Notes: generated by a model not told the origin, from the sequence alone. A DNA stretch of 64,000 bases from Myxococcota bacterium (GCA_044344255.1 JBIJDH010000021.1:84045-148044), one strand, 5' to 3'; shown: positions 52,301 to 61,005, counted from the stretch's first letter. Made by a program: numbers and translations.

Positions 52301-53874
52301 CGGCGGAGCTCGGCCGCCTCGAGGGCCGCGAGCCCGCCCGCCTGGCGCTGCCCCGCGTGCTCGGCACCCGCAAGGACGAGGGCGGTCAGAATGTCGATGA
52401 GGACTGGAACGGCGAGGTGATCGGCGCCAGCGTGCACGACCGCCACGGCTGCGTCTACATCCGCTACAGCCCGAAGCTCCCGGGGCCGTGGAGCCGCTTC
52501 ATCGTGGCGCCCTACCCCTGGTTCGAGCTCTCGATCTTGCGGGTCTGCGCCATCCGGCACGGGGCGCTCGTCGCCGCGGCGCAGGACGACCAGAACCGCG
52601 AGGAGCTGCAGGACGCCTGGAACGACGCCGCGACGGGGCCGGCGATCACCCGTTACCAGCTCCTCGACCCCGACAGCCGCTACGAGGTGCGGGTCACCGC
52701 GCGCGCCGCGACCTGGGTGGGGGCGAAGCCCACCGATCTGCCGCCCGACGCCAGCGCCCTCGACTTCGGGGCCCCCCCGGCGGGGGTCTCGGTGGTGGCC
52801 GCGCCGCAGTCCTTCTTCTTCCGCACCGCGCCTGCGGGGGCCCTCCCCGACGACCGGGTGCTCGACTTCGCGCAGCAGCGCCTCTTCGACCCCCGCGCCC
52901 TCGGGCGCTACCTGCGCGGCTTCGACCCCGTGGCCGAGCTCCCCTCGCACCTGCGGGCCGATCCGCTGCTGGTCTGGTTCGAAGAGGAGTGGGTGGAGGA
53001 CCTCCTCGACCGTTACGGCTACAGCCTCACGCTCGTCCTCCAGCGCACCGATCCGCCGCCCACGCCGCCCTCCGGCGTCGCCCCCATTGTCTTCCCCTTG
53101 ATCACGGTGAGCTGGGTGGGGCTGCCCTATGAGCTCCGCAACCTCGCCGATCAGCGGATGATCGACGCCGCCACCGAGGCCCCCTGCCTCGAGGACGCGC
53201 CGAAGGAGGGGGCCACCGCCCTCATCACCGCCGACCTCGAGCCCCGCGCCCGGTACGACCTCGTCGTGCAGGCGAAGCGGGCGAGCGACGGCGCCCTCAC
53301 CGAGATCGGCCGCGGGCACTTCCGGGCCTCCCGGTACACAGACGCTGGCGCCCTCATCGAGGCCACCGGCTTCCGCCTCGTCGGGTCGAACCCCTTCTAC
53401 CCGCTCGACCTGCTGGTGGGCGCGGCCCCGCCCACCGACCAGCGCCTGAACGACGACGCCCTGCTCGACCAGGCGCTCTCCGACCTCGGGCTCGACCCCT
53501 TCACCCCCGCCTCCGAGCCGCGGTCGGTGGTGCTCTGGCGGCAGATCGGGTCGAGCTGGAGGCTCGTGGGCCTGCTCCTCGACAGCGACGAGGCGCTGAT
53601 CCGCGGGCCGCGGCTCACCGATCCGGGTCCCAACCCGCCAAGGCTCGAGATCCTCGAGGCGCGGGTGCCAGGGATCCCCGCCTTCCTGCCCTCAAAGCTA
53701 GTCCCGGTGCGCTCGAACCAGGCCGCCACTCGCGTCCTGCTGGCCGCCACGGGCGGAATCGCCGTCCCCGCCGACGGCGTGCTCGAGCTCAGCTTCCGGG
53801 AGCCCGCGGGCACCCGCATCGCCAGACGAAACCTGCTCTCCCTCCCGCTGGTCATCGCTCAGGAGCGTCCATGA
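46375..53874 (+). CDS. Giant 2499-aa beta-rich protein with PKD-like, OmpA-C-like and DUF6603-like regions
   Basis: GGAGG RBS; uninterrupted ORF with strong GC3 bias; OmpA-like VVGRCCDLGTLSRNIELADARA..LVTAGISADRIRFVGE; long Gly/aromatic amphipathic beta tract (~49300-50900). No signal peptide. Confidence 0.9.
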   Translation: MPLVRGATLFDLITELPPGAQGFIPESVNQFINLLNIAELQSRSSGRYFLHSGRVQSASEAGLALGANFPVEIPGLNVGVPFQLAWVRATVGTAATDLEGEPTGWILDLFLERVAVVVPIGQAARLVPTAAVAPAHLEAAGGGRVKLYARGVLRIEGGAGGSRVRVIADPDPFVPDAAIGAVIETGFSPPHLLLHESGFGLTVNRVVLDLSDAFTPADIVARGHGADFEGMTITEATLYFPRNLPFVGDVNIGVRDLLIGWSPTPAFQGEARVELGLALESAAAVAFFQDVNGVLVPLGGPSGSGTALTVTLHPDTGPRARLFARMTTPGVEPSWTLPAGGGVTGVDTGWFEVGMPSGSPLRATERRTGADGEITDGQERSFIFVRAAASTKPEHAPPIRVKYSNTGFSHAWDDVASLRGPGTALDFVAFEAVTTGLSTEDIAGLRWQWEKEGSSQSGSGESFAPDVGWSMGRHTITLKDRHNHVRRCVIESSATTGDTLFVGHRGGGARQVTGATDVAATLAAVENSWDLAAFHASDGRSGARSAATLAGATLTVPKGALAEVTVAVGTPAEPEAPVVPAAEPPFRHVRVRMTFNQTDPTGWRKIRPVSTRPYGPAEPYPTFAGGLPLVNTPEEQLDPSFTTAKLGEWASGLPADTRFVVVGRCCDLGTLSRNIELADARAKIGRDLLVTAGISADRIRFVGEQGTTKDPDAGFTTALQFPTAPQPVSDTDLEPRIHEEWAFKAYHSATTRTAWGDTQDQPERKEGRGVDIYAMVPAAAPVETATPTDAATRATSLVRLLVPGENIDVVEPFEAKGLRTPYRVEVKAKWDSPSIVEAADWVPTMAQVTVEWASSAVPVPGLADPVTPTRPSGTPSPTDLWRVIGRFSTDLRSGQTSYLLSLDSMGDADGLFAIVSPGAGRADETVAVGLALAPALLGGITTDDPAGAAVRIGALIAASAAAAALQLDGQHVINDGRVIVEKLEGEVKLRAIDATDGMKIRIGVDYTASFGVKANVAGAVGVSTISPIKVKYKNVGLEYEHDTAKPLLERIRFVFEDAKFEVADPGRWAITGALGRLLGITAIRVGAGSVWIEVDVEFALDLGVVEISRTTIRVEIHTESTPPTLSVSIRGIKAKIDVPGTIKGKGELRVLPDGFGASLELDILPAKLKAWGGFVVRPPMVHIEGGVRFATGIPLGSTGLGLFGFAGRFVANGQRNLSGLDATDIIAREVGWHDRALVDKYNPQQGQFAIGFGVYVGTLPDAGFTFNALGMLTVAFPDVSVVLAIDATLLSAEPKSATETKAAGTDAGLQLLGIVSVDPTAIGIAIRGKYTIPKVLILEVPIGAYFPLQSSAVGAYVRVGSDGAGGRPDRPVTVRILPDLLDLRATAFFMVEERKLHDLGGKPQLDFDGFSIGFGAGLSVKWGGGPIYLRASFSLLVGLGTRPFTLAGGIYVQGELRLIIISISVTGELEARITDKGAMLRGEFCGEVDFFFFSVEGCVSFTVGSEPAIDPPPADPLVSGLVLADKFSRVVGEGAASLGALTDAHTAWPDAAPVLRFSHGVRNGLGASGYKPTPSNGWGAAWSGTNRVRYLYELQAVELFKHPASGPALAIDTTTWPSAWWLPAFRNAVPASGDTSASTHEGWDLALNQWAPAPWSRVHTEGGEGLDADPADSVGRLCEDAPLPTRHCVFGADGQRLSVGFVRVVGAPSGQSPYPPDFFVHLEEGLPPALSVPSLSALASLLGLGFSPGGRVDLPEPFTPTGEPGAMTAAWRLPRFTRDGFTAMSLGGIGTFVPEVSLPQLLLGVCIELPELDDVKETCLDTRRIQPSEERLPRFVLEDVIFEDRGEGMRLTSRFPLGAPDDAGEINFSEKGLLVRLPHDVDAVTVEIGLLKDKAVRVSARREDGGEVDQDRAELDAPGTVTLRLTGGGIRLLHIRASGPTAHLIRLCTETGGGRREEKLIAHILSMFGPPRPQSSAELGRLEGREPARLALPRVLGTRKDEGGQNVDEDWNGEVIGASVHDRHGCVYIRYSPKLPGPWSRFIVAPYPWFELSILRVCAIRHGALVAAAQDDQNREELQDAWNDAATGPAITRYQLLDPDSRYEVRVTARAATWVGAKPTDLPPDASALDFGAPPAGVSVVAAPQSFFFRTAPAGALPDDRVLDFAQQRLFDPRALGRYLRGFDPVAELPSHLRADPLLVWFEEEWVEDLLDRYGYSLTLVLQRTDPPPTPPSGVAPIVFPLITVSWVGLPYELRNLADQRMIDAATEAPCLEDAPKEGATALITADLEPRARYDLVVQAKRASDGALTEIGRGHFRASRYTDAGALIEATGFRLVGSNPFYPLDLLVGAAPPTDQRLNDDALLDQALSDLGLDPFTPASEPRSVVLWRQIGSSWRLVGLLLDSDEALIRGPRLTDPGPNPPRLEILEARVPGIPAFLPSKLVPVRSNQAATRVLLAATGGIAVPADGVLELSFREPAGTRIARRNLLSLPLVIAQERP

Positions 53875-56800
53875 GCGCCTCGCCTCCCCCCTGGGCCTTC
53901 GGCGCCGTCGCCATCGACGCCGCGGGCGATCCGCACCTCGCGCCCGGGGTGCACCTCCGGGTGTTCACCGCCCCCGCCTTCGGCCTGCCGATCCGACCCT
54001 TCGTGGTCTACCGGGCCACCGATCAGGGCGCCCAGCGCCTGCTCCGCGAGCAGCTCCACCACGACATCACCTGGGTGGACCGCCGCGGCCGGGTGCGCAC
54101 CCTCCCCTTTGAGGTCACCCCCGAGAACCCGGTCACCGGGCACATCCCCCGCGGGCCGGGCCAGCGCGCGATCGCGGTCGGCCTCGGCGGCGCGGGCAGC
54201 GGAGGGCAGCTCCACCCGGAGGGGCTGGCGATGGTCGCGCCGCGTCCCGGGGCGCAGGGCGAGCTCCGCCTCGAGGCCTTCATCGACGGCCCCGCCGGGC
54301 GACGGGTGGTGGGCGCCCGCGAGGCCGCGCCCTACCAGCTCGCCGCCCCCGACCTCCACGGCGTGGTGGTGTCGGGCGCGGGGGTGGTGCGCACCGCCTT
54401 CTGGTTGTCCGCCGACGTCTCGATGGTCGACAAGCTCGAGCCCGCCTTCCTCCTCGACCTGCCGGTGCCCAAGGCCGCCCGCTACGAGGGCCTCCCTGAC
54501 GCGCCCAGCCGGGCGATCGACCGGGTGAAGCGCGGCGCCCCCCAACGCTTCGGCCTGCACGATGATCCCACCGTGAGCGGGCCCGCCGCCGCGGCGCCGG
54601 CCACCGCCGACGATGAGCTCAAGCGGGTGGGTCCGCTGGCCGAAGAGGTCTTCCCCGCGCTCGACCGGGCCTTGAACGACCTCAGCCAGCGCCCCGCCGC
54701 CCTCCGGACCGCGCAGACGCTCTCCGAGGGGGCGCTGACGGGCTCGGTCGCCCAGGCCGACGTCGCCTGCTTACGCGCCGTGCTCGCCGGCACCGCCGAC
54801 CCCGGCATGGGCCGCTTCCTCGGCTTCCTCGACGTCGACACGCTGCCCGTCGAGTCGGGCGCCACCTTCGTGCTCTACTTCGTGCGGGCCTTCCTCGCCT
54901 TCGACCCCGCCGAGCTCGAGCCCATCGAGGCCCTCGCCGCGCTGCTGAGCGGGGGCGTGCTCACGGCCGACCTCAGCCCGCCGGGCCTCCCCTTCTCGGT
55001 GCCGAAGCGCTCGGCGGACGGGCTGCTGGTCTTTGATTACACCGTCCCCGTCGTGGTCTTCATGGGGGCCTCCCCCGATCGACCGCTCGCCCCCGTCCTC
55101 AGCGCGCCGCTCGCCCCCTCGGCCCAGGTGGGCCCCACCGGTGAGGCCCCCGCGGTGACCCTCGACGGGCAAGGACCGTGGAACGCCGACTTCCTCCCCC
55201 CAGAGGCCCGACGGGAGGTGGTGCTGCCCCTCTCTTCGCTGGTCGCCGCGCCCACTCTGGCCATCGCGCGGAAGGACGCCTCCGGCCTGACCTCGATGAA
55301 CGACCACCACCCCGTGAGCGGCCGCGCGCTCGCGCTCGTGCCCGCCGTGCCGAGCGACGCCGTCGTGACCGGCGCCGGCCGCTGGGCCGACCGCGCCGCC
55401 CCCGAGGGGGCCCTGCACTACCGGGTCGCCCAGGCGGACTGGTTCGGGCGCTGGAGCGAGTTCTCCACCCGCGCGGTGCCCGGGAAGGTCCGCCCTCCGC
55501 CCCCCGCGCCGGTCTTCGAGCTCCACTACGCGCTCGCGTCGGCGACCCCGCTCGATGACGCGCCCCGCTTCGGCGCCCTGCGGGTGCGCCTGAACGTGCC
55601 GCGGGTGGACGACCTCGCCGCCGGCTCCCGCCTGCTCGTGCGGGCCAAGGTCACGGCGGTGGTGGGTGGCCTGACGGTGAACGTCGAGGCGCCTCTGCCG
55701 AGCCCGTCTGCCCGCACGCTCGACGTGCTCATCCCCGGCCCCGCGGGCCTCATCCCCCGCGCCGGCCAGGTCGAGGCGACGGTGAACGCGCGCTGGAACG
55801 ACGGCGTCCTGGACGGGCCCCTGGGCGAGCCCCAGCAGAAGCTGCTCCCCGACCCTCGGCCCCCCGCCGCCCTCGTCCTTGACCCCATCCTCCGCTACTC
55901 GGCGCGCCCCGACGCGACCGGCCGCGCCCGCGTCGTGCTCGAGTGGGACGCCCCGGCGGGCGCCCGCTACCGCGTCTACAACACCGACGAGACCCGCCTC
56001 CGCAGCGCGCTCGGGGAGGCCTCGACCGCCGGGAGCGCACTGGCGACGGGCCTCCTCGGCGAGCTCAACGGGCAGAGCGACCCCGCCGTGCGCGGCGCCG
56101 CTTACACCACCCTGGGCCGGGCCAGCCTCTACCCTCGGGAGCTGTTCAACAACCTCACCGCTCAGCCGCTCGTGGCGGCGGCGGCGGGCAAGATGCGCTT
56201 CTCGCACGACCTCTCGGGCTCGCTCACGGTCCTCTCCTTCTTCAAGGTGGTGACCCTCTCTGTCAACAACGTGGAGAGCCCCTTCACCGACGCCGTCCTG
56301 CTGCCGGTGGGCGTGCCCTCCGGCGGGCCGCCGCCGCGGCCCCTGCTCGACTTCCTGGGCTTTGATGAGGCCGGGGCGGCCCGGCTCCAGGTCACCGTGG
56401 TGCGCGGCCCGCAGCCCGCGGCGACCTACCGCCTGCGGCGCAGCTACGCCGCCTCCGAAGATCCGCTCCAGATGCCCGTCGTCGGGGTCGGCGCCGTCGT
56501 GGCCGACGATCCCGCCGCGCCGGGCCCGCTGGTCTTCACGCTCACCGACAGCGGCGCCGACACCCTGGCCGGCGGCGCCCTCCGCCCCTGGACCCGCATG
56601 AGCTGGCGGGTGGAGGTCGCCGCCCCCAGCCCCGCCGGCAGCGCCCTCCCCGGCGACTGGAGCGCCGCCAGCGGCGCGGTGAGCGGCATGCGCGTGCCGC
56701 CCGCCCCCGCGGCCCCGCACGGGCTCGCGATCACCGCGGTCGGCCCCTCGGACACCGGCCTCGAGTGGGGCCAGCCGGACCCCCTCGAGAAGGGCAGCCA

Positions 56801-57026
56801 GGGTGGCTACCGCTTCGACGTCTACCGCCGCGCCCCCGGTGGCGCCGAGCAGCGCGCAGGCACCGTCCTGGCCGACGATCCCACCGCCAAGACCGGAGCG
56901 GGCGCCGCCCGCCGCTTCCACTTCACCGACAGCGCCGGCGCCTCCGCGGGCACGAGCTGGCGGGTGGTGGTGCTCGACCCCATCGGCCGAACCAGCCCCC
57001 CCTCTCCCACCGTGACGCGGAGCTGA
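53871..57026 (+). CDS. 1051-aa protein with multiple FN3/Ig-like beta-sandwich domains
   Basis: YRVAQADWFGRWSEFS, VVLEW..YRVY, PPAPAAPHGLAIT..LEW..FDVYRR..WRVVVLDPIGRTSPPS; ATGA overlap with the giant gene. Confidence 0.85.
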   Translation: MSASPPPWAFGAVAIDAAGDPHLAPGVHLRVFTAPAFGLPIRPFVVYRATDQGAQRLLREQLHHDITWVDRRGRVRTLPFEVTPENPVTGHIPRGPGQRAIAVGLGGAGSGGQLHPEGLAMVAPRPGAQGELRLEAFIDGPAGRRVVGAREAAPYQLAAPDLHGVVVSGAGVVRTAFWLSADVSMVDKLEPAFLLDLPVPKAARYEGLPDAPSRAIDRVKRGAPQRFGLHDDPTVSGPAAAAPATADDELKRVGPLAEEVFPALDRALNDLSQRPAALRTAQTLSEGALTGSVAQADVACLRAVLAGTADPGMGRFLGFLDVDTLPVESGATFVLYFVRAFLAFDPAELEPIEALAALLSGGVLTADLSPPGLPFSVPKRSADGLLVFDYTVPVVVFMGASPDRPLAPVLSAPLAPSAQVGPTGEAPAVTLDGQGPWNADFLPPEARREVVLPLSSLVAAPTLAIARKDASGLTSMNDHHPVSGRALALVPAVPSDAVVTGAGRWADRAAPEGALHYRVAQADWFGRWSEFSTRAVPGKVRPPPPAPVFELHYALASATPLDDAPRFGALRVRLNVPRVDDLAAGSRLLVRAKVTAVVGGLTVNVEAPLPSPSARTLDVLIPGPAGLIPRAGQVEATVNARWNDGVLDGPLGEPQQKLLPDPRPPAALVLDPILRYSARPDATGRARVVLEWDAPAGARYRVYNTDETRLRSALGEASTAGSALATGLLGELNGQSDPAVRGAAYTTLGRASLYPRELFNNLTAQPLVAAAAGKMRFSHDLSGSLTVLSFFKVVTLSVNNVESPFTDAVLLPVGVPSGGPPPRPLLDFLGFDEAGAARLQVTVVRGPQPAATYRLRRSYAASEDPLQMPVVGVGAVVADDPAAPGPLVFTLTDSGADTLAGGALRPWTRMSWRVEVAAPSPAGSALPGDWSAASGAVSGMRVPPAPAAPHGLAITAVGPSDTGLEWGQPDPLEKGSQGGYRFDVYRRAPGGAEQRAGTVLADDPTAKTGAGAARRFHFTDSAGASAGTSWRVVVLDPIGRTSPPSPTVTRS

Positions 57027-57030
57027 GATC

Positions 57031-60000
57031 ATGGCGACCACGCTGAACCCCGCGCCGCGCTCCCTCGGCCTGCACAGCCCCGTGCTCGGCCCCTGGTTCT
57101 CCACCGCCGACGTCACGCTGCCGCTGCCCGACGCCGACCTCGCCTGCTCGCTCACCATCGGCGACAACGTCGAGTGGCGCCCCCCCGCCGGGGGGCTCTT
57201 CTCCCTCTACGTGGCCTCCGCCACCCGGCCGGCCGGGCTCAGCCGCCTGCGGGCGCCGAGCGGCGCGCCGGCCTTCACGAACGACCGCCTCGTCGCGGTC
57301 TTCGAGCTCCTCCCCGAGGTGAGCGAGCGCCTCGGGGCCTTGATGCGGGTGATCCCGACCGCGGGCAACCCGGCGGTGGCGAACCTCGCCACCCGGCCGC
57401 CGATCCGCACGCTGGCGATCGAATTCAACGAGCCGAGCCCGAGCCTCGCCTTCCTCACCGCCCGCCTGCCGACCGGCTTCGCCTTCCCGGCGACGGTGAC
57501 CTCGGACGCCGACAAGCTCACCTACCTCGGCCTCGCCGCGGGGGCGGTGCTCATGAGCGGCCCGACGCCGATGCGCGACCTCTTCCGTCCGGGCGTCACG
57601 GCCGGGAGCTCGGAGGTCCTGCTCCGCTTCCCCGCCGACACCCCGGTGCGGCTCTGGACCTTCGACGGGCGGGGGCGCGCTGTGGACCCCGGCGCCGCCG
57701 CCTGCTGGTGGCTCTTCCTCGCCACCCAGGCCACCGTCGGCTTCGTCGATCTCTTCGCCCAGGGCATCGACGCCGCCGATCAGCGCACCTGCTCGGTGGC
57801 GCCGGGCGCCGATCGCCTGACGGTGCAGCTCTGTAACGCCCACGAGGGCCCCCTCGACCCCGCGGCGCTCGCCCGCCTCACGATCGGCGGGAACGTCGAC
57901 GGCACCGACAGTCTGCGCTTCCGCGGCGCCGCCACCGACGGCGGGGTCGACCTCTCCTTCACCGACGCCGCCGCCGGCGCCCCCGACGACCTCCCCACGC
58001 CCCGCATGGCCGTGCTCCCCGACGGGCGCCTCGGCGCCTCGCTGAGCCTCTTCCCCACCGGGGCGATGGACCCCCTCCTCCGCCGCGATCAGGTGCGCGT
58101 GGCCGTGCTCTCCGTCGAGCACCAGCTCATCGGGCAGCCGCGCAGCGCCGACACCAGCGCGCCCGAACCCGTGCGCCGCCGCGCCGCTGATCAGGAGCGG
58201 GCCTCCACCCGCCAGCTCATCGGCAAGGCCGCCCGCCCGGCCCTGCTCCTCGACGATGACGCCGTCGCCGCCGCGGCGGTGGCCACCCTCTCGCTCGTCG
58301 ATGGGGCCACCGCCGTCCCCGCCCGCCTCGTCGCCCCGGCGATGAGCCTCGACTTCGGGCCGCTCACCGCCACCCCCGCCGACGTCGCCGTGCCCACCTC
58401 CCTCACGATGAGCGTCCAGGCCCTCGTCGGCGGGGGCGCGGCCGTGGGGAGCACGGTGGTCGATCAGCGTGTGCTGCTCCGCGTCGACCTCGGCGCCGCC
58501 GCGGCCGGGGCCTGGCTCCGCGCCTGGAGCCAGGGCTTCGACCCCGAGAAGGGGGAGCGCTTCCGCCTCGACGGCGGCGCCGCCTTCGCCGACACGACCG
58601 GCCGGGTGCGCCTCGTGCTCCCCTTGCCCACCGGGAGCGCCAGCTCGACCGCGCCCCTCGGCGTTGACCTCCTGGTCGTGACCGCGCAGGGGAGCCGCCT
58701 CTTCGCCGACCAGCGCTTCGAGCGCCCGAGCCCCGTGGGTGGCGCGCCCGTCGCCGCGAGCGCCGCTGTGGGTCCGATCCTCCTCGCCGAGGAGGGCCGC
58801 GAGGTGCCGAGCCTCACCGCCGGCGTCGACCTGCGCCCCGGCACCACCGCGGTGGCCCTCGGCGGGAGCCCGACGCGGGTCGACCCCGCCTCGATCCCCA
58901 TCGCCGCGCGGCAGGGGGCCTGCTTCGCGCGCGCCGCCGCCGCCGGAGACACGCTCCGGCTCACCCAGCCGGCCTTCCCGACTGCGCCCGTCGGTGACGC
59001 CGAGGCCGCGCTCGGCGCCACGGGCGCCACCGTCCGTCGCACCGCCCGCCGGCTGCCCGCGGCCTGGCAGGCCGGCTTCCCGCTCCCCGGCATGGAGCGC
59101 CACGAGCTCCTCGGCGCTGCCACCACGGCGAACGTCAGCCGGGCCTTCGTGGGCGGGGGCGCCGCCCTCGGGCTCCGCCACGGCCGGGGCGCCCACCACG
59201 ACGGGCACCCCGGCGGCCCCGCCAGCGATGACCTCGTCAGCACCGGCGTTGACCTCCAGGGCCCCGCCGTGCTGGGCCTCGCCGAATTCGCAATCGAGCG
59301 CGGCTCCACTGACAGCCTCGACCTCGCCACCTCCGCCGCCGACGCCGCGATCGTCGCCCCCGCCGAGGCCGCCGCCCACACCCTCTGGGCCGCCGGCCTC
59401 CGCACCGTGGCCGCCGGCGTCGAGGCCGAGGTGGGCCTCGCCGCCCTCTTCGACCTCGGCCTCGGCGACGCCTACCCCTTCGGGCAGACCCTGACAGACA
59501 TCCGCGACTTCCTCTCCGGGGTGGGCCTCACCCTGCCCGCCACCCTCGCCGACCCCGCCGGACGGGTGGCCCGGGCCCTCGACCGCCGCTTCCTCGCCGC
59601 CGCGCACGGCGCCCGCGAGGGGGCCACGGCGCTGCTCGCCGCCGTCCGCCGCGCCGAGGACCTCGTCTATATCGAGACCCCCGCCCTCGACGACAAGGCC
59701 TTCGGCGGCACCGACGACACGGTCGACCTCCTGGGCGCCCTCGTCACCCGGATGGCCGAGCGCCCCGGCCTCGTCGTCGTCCTCTGCCTGCCGGTCTTCT
59801 ATGACAGCCGCGTCCCCAAGCCCCTCCAGCGCGTGCGCGACGCCGCCCTCCGGCGGGCCCTCGACACGCTCCAGGGTGGCGGTCGCGAGGCGCGGGTGGC
59901 CGTCTTCTCGCCCTCCGCGGGGCCCGGGCGCACGCTCAAGCTGGCGACCACCACGGTGATCGTCGATGACGCCTGGTGTTTGGTCGGCAGCACCCACCTC

Positions 60001-60384
60001 TGGCGCCGCGGCCTCAGCTACGACGCGTCTTACGCGGTCGCCCTCTTCGACGACGAGCTGGCCGAGGGCCGCCCCCGGGAGCTGCTCGACTTCCGCCGCC
60101 GGCTGACCGCCAAGCGCCTCGGGGTGGCGGTGGACGAGGTGCCCACCGACCCCGTCGATCTCTGCGTCTCCGTGCGCATCTTCGTCGCCCGCGGCGGCTT
60201 CGGGCGCCTCGCCGCCGACCGGCTCCGCCCCCCCGAGGAGGCCACAACCTCGCTCACGAGCGGCACCTTCACCGAGGCCGACGTCTGGAACCCCGACGGC
60301 AGCCCGCCCGCCGGGCTGAACCCGCTCGTCTGGGCGCTCCAGCTCACGCCCACCGCGGTGACCGAGTCCTTCACCACGCCCTGA
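57031..60384 (+). CDS. 1117-aa protein with a C-terminal phospholipase D-fold domain (degenerate HKD)
   Basis: AVRRAEDLVYIETPAL and KLATTTVIVDDAWCLVGSTHLWRRGLSYDAS match the PLD scaffold, but the His and Lys of HxKxxxxD are replaced. Confidence 0.8.
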   Translation: MATTLNPAPRSLGLHSPVLGPWFSTADVTLPLPDADLACSLTIGDNVEWRPPAGGLFSLYVASATRPAGLSRLRAPSGAPAFTNDRLVAVFELLPEVSERLGALMRVIPTAGNPAVANLATRPPIRTLAIEFNEPSPSLAFLTARLPTGFAFPATVTSDADKLTYLGLAAGAVLMSGPTPMRDLFRPGVTAGSSEVLLRFPADTPVRLWTFDGRGRAVDPGAAACWWLFLATQATVGFVDLFAQGIDAADQRTCSVAPGADRLTVQLCNAHEGPLDPAALARLTIGGNVDGTDSLRFRGAATDGGVDLSFTDAAAGAPDDLPTPRMAVLPDGRLGASLSLFPTGAMDPLLRRDQVRVAVLSVEHQLIGQPRSADTSAPEPVRRRAADQERASTRQLIGKAARPALLLDDDAVAAAAVATLSLVDGATAVPARLVAPAMSLDFGPLTATPADVAVPTSLTMSVQALVGGGAAVGSTVVDQRVLLRVDLGAAAAGAWLRAWSQGFDPEKGERFRLDGGAAFADTTGRVRLVLPLPTGSASSTAPLGVDLLVVTAQGSRLFADQRFERPSPVGGAPVAASAAVGPILLAEEGREVPSLTAGVDLRPGTTAVALGGSPTRVDPASIPIAARQGACFARAAAAGDTLRLTQPAFPTAPVGDAEAALGATGATVRRTARRLPAAWQAGFPLPGMERHELLGAATTANVSRAFVGGGAALGLRHGRGAHHDGHPGGPASDDLVSTGVDLQGPAVLGLAEFAIERGSTDSLDLATSAADAAIVAPAEAAAHTLWAAGLRTVAAGVEAEVGLAALFDLGLGDAYPFGQTLTDIRDFLSGVGLTLPATLADPAGRVARALDRRFLAAAHGAREGATALLAAVRRAEDLVYIETPALDDKAFGGTDDTVDLLGALVTRMAERPGLVVVLCLPVFYDSRVPKPLQRVRDAALRRALDTLQGGGREARVAVFSPSAGPGRTLKLATTTVIVDDAWCLVGSTHLWRRGLSYDASYAVALFDDELAEGRPRELLDFRRRLTAKRLGVAVDEVPTDPVDLCVSVRIFVARGGFGRLAADRLRPPEEATTSLTSGTFTEADVWNPDGSPPAGLNPLVWALQLTPTAVTESFTTP

Positions 60385-60409
60385 GGGCCACTCCTGGAGG
60401 GCGCGGGGG

Positions 60410-60456
60410 CGGCGCCCCCTTGCTGCGCCGGGACGGCGCCCCCTTGCTGCGCCGGG
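60410..60456. repeat. 24-bp tandem duplication downstream of the giant operon
   Basis: CGGCGCCCCCTTGCTGCGCCGGG(A) x2. Confidence 0.8.
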
Positions 60457-60489
60457 GCGGGTGCTTCCCTTCTGGGCCTGGGGGGTACC

Positions 60490-61005
60490 ATGCGTCGTCT
60501 CTGGATCGGCCTCGCCGCGGCTGCGCTCGTTGGGGTGGCGCTCACCTTCAACACCTCGTCTCCGGTGCTCGACCGTGACGTGGCCCTCGGCCCCTTGCCG
60601 ATCGCCGACTGGTCGGGGGCGGCGGTCGACCTGACGGGCCGGCCCTGGATCATCAACGTCTGGATGCCGGCCTGCGCGCCCTGTCAGCGTGAGGTGCCCG
60701 GCCTCGTGGCGGCGCGGGAGGCCTGGGAGGCCGAGGGGGTTGGCTTCCTCGCGGTGTCCATCTCGCCGGAGCGCCCCTGGGTGGACGCCCACGTGAAGCG
60801 CTGGGGCTTTGACCTCCCCCAGGTCCACACCACCGGCAACCTGCTGGAGCAGGTCGGCGTGACCGAGGTGCCCTTCACGATGCTCGTCTCACGCGAGGGG
60901 CGGCTCGTCGGCCTCGCCAAGGGCGAGCAGGACGCCGACTACTTCGACACCGCCGCCCGCGCCCTCCTCGCCGCGGGCCCCCCCGCGGTCACGGCCTCCC
61001 GATAG
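60490..61005 (+). CDS. TlpA-family thiol:disulfide oxidoreductase
   Basis: N-terminal anchor, IINVWMPACAPCQREVP (CxxC) and cis-Pro motif VPFTMLVSREG. Confidence 0.88.
   Translation: MRRLWIGLAAAALVGVALTFNTSSPVLDRDVALGPLPIADWSGAAVDLTGRPWIINVWMPACAPCQREVPGLVAAREAWEAEGVGFLAVSISPERPWVDAHVKRWGFDLPQVHTTGNLLEQVGVTEVPFTMLVSREGRLVGLAKGEQDADYFDTAARALLAAGPPAVTASR

Noticed and set aside
45499..60384. Giant operon as T6SS, eCIS, Tc toxin or RHS locus
   Set aside because: No recognisable sheath, tube, VgrG, baseplate, PAAR, SpvB/TcdB or YD-repeat core motifs.
47383..60828. Large minus-strand ORFs (1384, 568, 798 and 1301 aa) opposite the giant operon
   Set aside because: Antisense shadows caused by GC3 bias; the plus strand carries the RBSs, the gene coupling and the domain motifs.
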